Shown here piece by piece: positions 59,990 through 64,000 of a DNA stretch of 64,000 nt (its first letter is position 1; the number at the start of each line of letters is the position of its first letter). The stretch comes from Nitrosopumilaceae archaeon. Its GTDB lineage: Archaea > Thermoproteota > Nitrososphaeria > Nitrososphaerales > Nitrosopumilaceae. The stretch is taken from the NCBI GenBank assembly GCA_965214835.1, contig CBDCCK010000002.1, forward strand, positions 1,376,001 to 1,440,000. The letters are read 5' to 3'. Under the pieces are notes generated by a model that was not told the origin of the DNA, did not search any database, and saw only the letters and a list, made by a program, of their open reading frames with translations. The position numbers and the translations under genes were made by a program.

Positions 59990-60260
59990 TGAATCCCGCC
60001 AGAAGGTCTGCATGCCGGCATCACGGCGGCTCTGGAGTCCGGGCCGGCGTCCCCTGATCCCGTTTGGCACCCCCTGCACTGCGCCGCCCATCCGAGGGGG
60101 CCATGGTGACGATCAAAAACTCTGAACACATGTGGGCATGAATTATGAGGGAAGACGCTTTTTGATGATCAAATGCCTTCAATCTCCAATATATGAGACC
60201 GCGGTGTGAATGACGTGCCTGCATTTGCGGTCTCAACATGCCAGACATCCTCTCACTGCA

Positions 60261-60749
60261 TTATGCCATAGTCCATATCGCAACTATGAACATGATTGCA
60301 TGAATGGCAGCAAACAGGAGTGGAATCCATCTTTCTATATCCGTCACCTTTGTGTATGGTTTATTCCTGCTTTTTTCCGTCAGGGACCACTCTTGCCTGA
60401 AAAGTTCTGCAGGCAGGTGCCGTTCAAGCTCGTGGATCAATTGGAATTTTGCATCGTTCAGATCGCGGTGTGACTTGATGATCTTGTACCAGAGCCACGA
60501 CACTGCTACTCCTATGACAAGGACCGGGATCGTCCAGTACCACTGGCCTAGGAGCAACGGCTGAAATCCATACACAGCTACCAGTGCGGCGCTCAGTGTA
60601 AGGAGGTAGCGGCTGGCAGACACCCGCCTGGCACTGACATTATCTGCGGTCTGGACGTATGCCTTGTATTGCTCAAGGATTATGGCAGTGCAGGGATCAT
60701 CACACAGTTTCTTGTCTTGGCGGATCAGGTTCTCATGCAAGTCAGACAT
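60261..60749 (-). CDS. Small integral membrane protein (RipA-like, 2-3 TM)
   Basis: EQYK.YV..AD..S.RR...W...I.S...LN.AKF..I..LE..LP......EW. Confidence 0.7.
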   Translation of the reverse strand: MSDLHENLIRQDKKLCDDPCTAIILEQYKAYVQTADNVSARRVSASRYLLTLSAALVAVYGFQPLLLGQWYWTIPVLVIGVAVSWLWYKIIKSHRDLNDAKFQLIHELERHLPAELFRQEWSLTEKSRNKPYTKVTDIERWIPLLFAAIHAIMFIVAIWTMA

Positions 60750-60752
60750 GCG

Positions 60753-60971
60753 TTATCGTGCCTCTTCAAGGTGTTCTGGGCCATTCCGTATTGATCCGAA
60801 GGTCTTGCTGGCCCATAATACTGGCGTGTATTTTTTGCAATCCCTGCAGGATCGACTCGGCAGTAAAAAGCACGACTCCTTGCAGATGAGGGAGTATGGC
60901 ATCCTTGCTCGGCCAACCAGTGACCACTTTAGCACTTTGTTATTTGCAGGGATGACAAATATGCACTCCAC
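60753..60971 (-). CDS. Small Cys-rich protein
   Basis: Fills the gap with 3-bp spacing on both sides; CxxxC...CxxC. Confidence 0.45.
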   Translation of the reverse strand: MECIFVIPANNKVLKWSLVGRARMPYSLICKESCFLLPSRSCRDCKKYTPVLWASKTFGSIRNGPEHLEEAR

Positions 60972-60974
60972 GCA

Positions 60975-61349
60975 TCATTCCCCCAAAATATCAGCAATTT
61001 CGGCTGTGTTCCAGTAGGTGATTGTATCAAACTCATGCATGGCATTTGGGATCCGGTGCATCCTGTAGCGGTGAAGCCGTATCCCGATCACCTCTTTGTA
61101 CTGCCGGTGGGCCTCATGGATCTCCCAGCTGACGGCCTTGCTTCTGCATGTGTTTCTTCCGATTGCCACGATTACCGCACTGGACATGTATATCAGATCG
61201 CTGACTTTACTCTTCCATCCATACTCAAACGGCTCTTTAACAGAATAGTCTCTAAACCAAAATGGAAACCGCTCATCTTTTGCCTGCATTCTAAGCAGGT
61301 TTACCATGTGTTTGTCAACTGCATCAAAACTGATGAAAACGTTCCTCAT
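60975..61349 (-). CDS. TIR-like domain protein (DUF1863/ThsB-like)
   Basis: RNVFISF...DYSVKEP...IVAIG..T..S..V.WEI..A. Confidence 0.85.
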   Translation of the reverse strand: MRNVFISFDAVDKHMVNLLRMQAKDERFPFWFRDYSVKEPFEYGWKSKVSDLIYMSSAVIVAIGRNTCRSKAVSWEIHEAHRQYKEVIGIRLHRYRMHRIPNAMHEFDTITYWNTAEIADILGE

Positions 61350-61465
61350 GTTTTTCCGGATGTCTTTACGTCCTATCCGTTTTTGAATGTTTGTGGCAAG
61401 ACTGAAGGCAGTATTGGGACAGTCCAAAGACGTAGCCACAGTTTCACATGGTGCAGATGCAGATC

Positions 61466-61900
61466 TCAGGCCTCCAGCTTGCGAATGACCTTTTTGAATT
61501 CCGCAAACAGCTCATCCAGGGTCGGGGTAAAGTAGACTCCGTCAAGGCCGTTTTTGTGGCCTATCATCTTTTCTGCGATGTTATAGTTTACCAAGTTGTC
61601 CATCTTGAGTACGGCGTTGAACCTCTTTCTGAATCCGTGGGCTATCTGCACGTCATAGCGGCCGTCGCACTTCTTGATATTCCGCTTTTTGATACCGCCC
61701 TGTATATGGCGGTTCTGGCACCATTCCATCTCGCTGGGATGTGGTGCTTCTTGCTGCAAAGACCGGCGTGTCCACTTTGAATGTCTCCCCGTGCTCCTTG
61801 CAATGGTTGTGGTATTTCTCTAGCACTCTTGATGCCTGCGGCGTGAGAAAGGCCCAATACTCTTCCAGATGGCCCGCATAGATCCTGACTGCGTTGCATT
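61466..61900 (-). pseudogene. Tyrosine integrase C-terminal relic (frameshifted)
   Basis: HGFRKRF...EKMIGH...Y catalytic residues; upstream part in another frame. Confidence 0.8.
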
Positions 61901-62013
61901 TGCACGGCATTCTCCAGGATTGACGCAGGGAACTGCTTCGTGATAGTCACATCAAATTGGAGCTTGCTCACAAGGTTACGCTGGTCAAAAACTACAGATT
62001 CTGCCCGCCAATA

Positions 62014-62942
62014 TCATGCAGACGTCTTGGAGTATCCAGAAATGTATGCCTGTCCGTTCTGGTTTTCTATTATTTTGATGGCAGGTGTGTTCATAATTGT
62101 CAGTGCTGAGGCGTGGTGTATTGAGAGAATGATGTCTTGCAGATCATGATCTTTTTCCATCTCTACTATCTTCAATCCAGTACTTTGGCATACTGGCATG
62201 GGTATGTGTCTTGAATGTGACTTGGTCATGTTTTGATCCGTTAAAAGGCGTATGATGTCATTAATTTTTTGCTGGACTAGTTCATGGCCGAGTTTTAAAT
62301 CATCTTTGAACATGGAACCGGACAGGTAGTCTAATGCAAGCTCCTTGGACCAAGATATTGCCTTCTTGCAGTTTTCAACTAGTGATGGTGGATAACGTGA
62401 TATGATCGGCCCCACACGTTGATCTTGCTCCTATCATTTTTCATCTCCTTGCTTGCATGATAAAATTCTGACACGATCCCAGATGCGGCCAGACCGTTTA
62501 TCTGCGGATCGATAGGCCCCAGGCTGGATTGCTTTCCCATCAATATTTCCTTGCACGCACAAGCTATAATCGTCCCGCCGGACATGGCAAGTTGTGGGAT
62601 AACCGCCCTCATGTCTCCGTGAAGTTTCTGATTAAGATAGTCTATGAGAGATTCCGTAGCTGCTATATCTCCCCCGGGGGTATGCAGTATTATGTCAAGA
62701 CCTTTGGAGACATCCAGTCCTCGCATCACACTCATGAACCCATTTTTGTCATTGTCGTTAATCGACATCAATGCGGCAATGCTCCTGACAGGCTTTTGTA
62801 GCCATCCAGAGTAGTACAGTATCGTGTTTCGGCCTGTCTTTTCGGACATTTTCGTAAGATATCTCCTTCTCACTGTATCATATTTGGTGTCTGGAGCTCT
62901 TTCCTCCAGTACCTCCTTTTGAATCTCGCTAAAACTGGGCAT
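62014..62942 (-). pseudogene. ClpP-class/S49 (SDH_sah-like) serine protease, frameshifted near 62412
   Basis: LHTPGG, AMSGGT, SLGPIDPQ; C-terminal SHSRHI in a second frame. Confidence 0.8.
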
Positions 62943-62950
62943 CGTGTTTT

Positions 62951-63079
62951 CTAGGAATGAGAGCTTAGGCTCAGGCCATCTAAATCCAAATCATCATCGT
63001 CATCATCATAATAATACTTGGAATTCCTGTAGTACCTTTCAGGCTTGTACTGAATTTCAAAGTCTACGTCTTCTGTCAT
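62951..63079 (-). CDS. 42-aa acidic, Tyr-rich peptide upstream of the protease
   Basis: MTEDVDFEIQYKPERYYRNSKYYYDDDDDD...; 7-8 bp gaps to both neighbours. Confidence 0.4.
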   Translation of the reverse strand: MTEDVDFEIQYKPERYYRNSKYYYDDDDDDLDLDGLSLSSHS

Positions 63080-63086
63080 GTTAACT

Positions 63087-63509
63087 TCAACTGCTGTGGC
63101 TTTTAGGGTTATCTACAGCATCTGCAATCATGCCCAGAATGAGACCTGTGATTCCTCCAACAAGTGCGCCATTTTTCCTGTTCCGTTTCATTGCCACGGC
63201 ACCGATCGCGGCACCCACAGGAGCTGCCATTACGGCATATGGAACGCCCACATCATCTTTGAGATGCCCGATCGGGTCGTTGTGTGGGTCTACCCTGTCC
63301 ACATGCGCCGTTCTGTCACTTTTGACATGAACATTGTTAGGACACCTTGTACCAAAGAACTCTTGGCATTCACTTGTGTCTATGCAATCAGGCAGAACGA
63401 CGTCTTGTCCGTAATCGACACCAGTGCTGTCTATGAACCTTCGTGCATCACGTGGAGTAATCATAATGCTCATACCTCGCTGAATTATATAAAGTTCTGC
63501 GGTTGCCAC
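63087..63509 (-). CDS. Hypothetical protein with glycine-zipper membrane tail
   Basis: HVDRVDP...GHL..D; GAAIGA...GALVGGITG. Confidence 0.6.
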   Translation of the reverse strand: MATAELYIIQRGMSIMITPRDARRFIDSTGVDYGQDVVLPDCIDTSECQEFFGTRCPNNVHVKSDRTAHVDRVDPHNDPIGHLKDDVGVPYAVMAAPVGAAIGAVAMKRNRKNGALVGGITGLILGMIADAVDNPKSHSS

Positions 63510-63513
63510 GATC

Positions 63514-63604
63514 GTAAGAGTTTATCCCTCAGGCGACACTGCTGGTCGGAGCCTTTATGATCACGTCTGCCACGCCGTATCTCGGGGAAGGGGGGCACTC
63601 TTAC
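63514..63604. mobile_element. ~90-bp MITE, GTAAGAG family, copy 3
   Basis: gtaagagtttatccc...gggcactcttac. Confidence 0.8.
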
Positions 63605-63783
63605 CTCACAACGCAGTTGCGCGTAGAATCCTTAAACATGACACATGGATAACAGCTCGAGAGGCATTGTCCAATTTTGGTACTAAACCTATAAATATAT
63701 TCATCACAATAATTGGACAAATGTTATATACTAAAATCAGACACGCAGAAAAAATTCGAAAATTGTACAGGTTACAAAGTACA

Positions 63784-64000
63784 ATGGCGTCCAGGCAACA
63801 CAAGGAAACAGGTTCCAGACTCGGTTTTAAGAAATACAGCAGGTACTATTACGAATTAATAAAAAAACTGCATGAAGAAAAGGTGTTAGATGAAAGAGGC
63901 GTTTTCATCGATAATACAATCAATCTGTGGCTAGCAGAATTGTCTATGGTTTTATCAAAAAGGGAAACAGAAGTTCTAGGCAGCAGGATACCATTTTTGA
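63784..64000 (+). CDS. Partial hypothetical ORF running off the window
   Basis: Open frame from ATG 63721/63784 to the end. Confidence 0.45.
   Translation, partial: MASRQHKETGSRLGFKKYSRYYYELIKKLHEEKVLDERGVFIDNTINLWLAELSMVLSKRETEVLGSRIPFL

Overview
Archaeal DNA, most likely Nitrososphaerota (Thaumarchaeota), judged from the archaeal-type trpS, pheS, pheT and coaD, ISH3-type transposases and apparently leaderless TATA-driven genes. Positions 1-46 kb form a dense defence island. It carries a Schlafen/AlbA_2 protein, a complete dndBCDE-dndA phosphorothioation (PT) operon, an AIPR gene, an HNH nuclease and a pbeABCD-like module with a fifth, translationally coupled zinc-finger/Mrr-like/SWIM gene. 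It also carries a Lamassu (Cap4-nuclease type) operon, a four-gene ubiquitin-like conjugation operon (Ubl-CEHH-JAB-E1, BilABCD architecture) and a PemK/MazF toxin. Further on are a second cysteine desulfurase followed by an SspB-like stub, a large RecD-like helicase-nuclease, a second AIPR, and two near-identical copies of a small PbeB-like gene plus a shortened PbeC-like ATPase with degenerate motifs. Three defence genes are cleanly split by IS elements with readable target duplications, and several MITE families are present. Positions 49-57 kb are GC-rich housekeeping genes. Positions 57.4-64 kb are a second accessory patch: frameshifted doc, a membrane-anchored NucS-like nuclease, a TIR/small Cys protein/membrane-protein operon, an integrase relic and a frameshifted S49 protease. 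No rRNA, tRNA or CRISPR array was seen. Family assignments come from motif recognition by eye, not from database searches.
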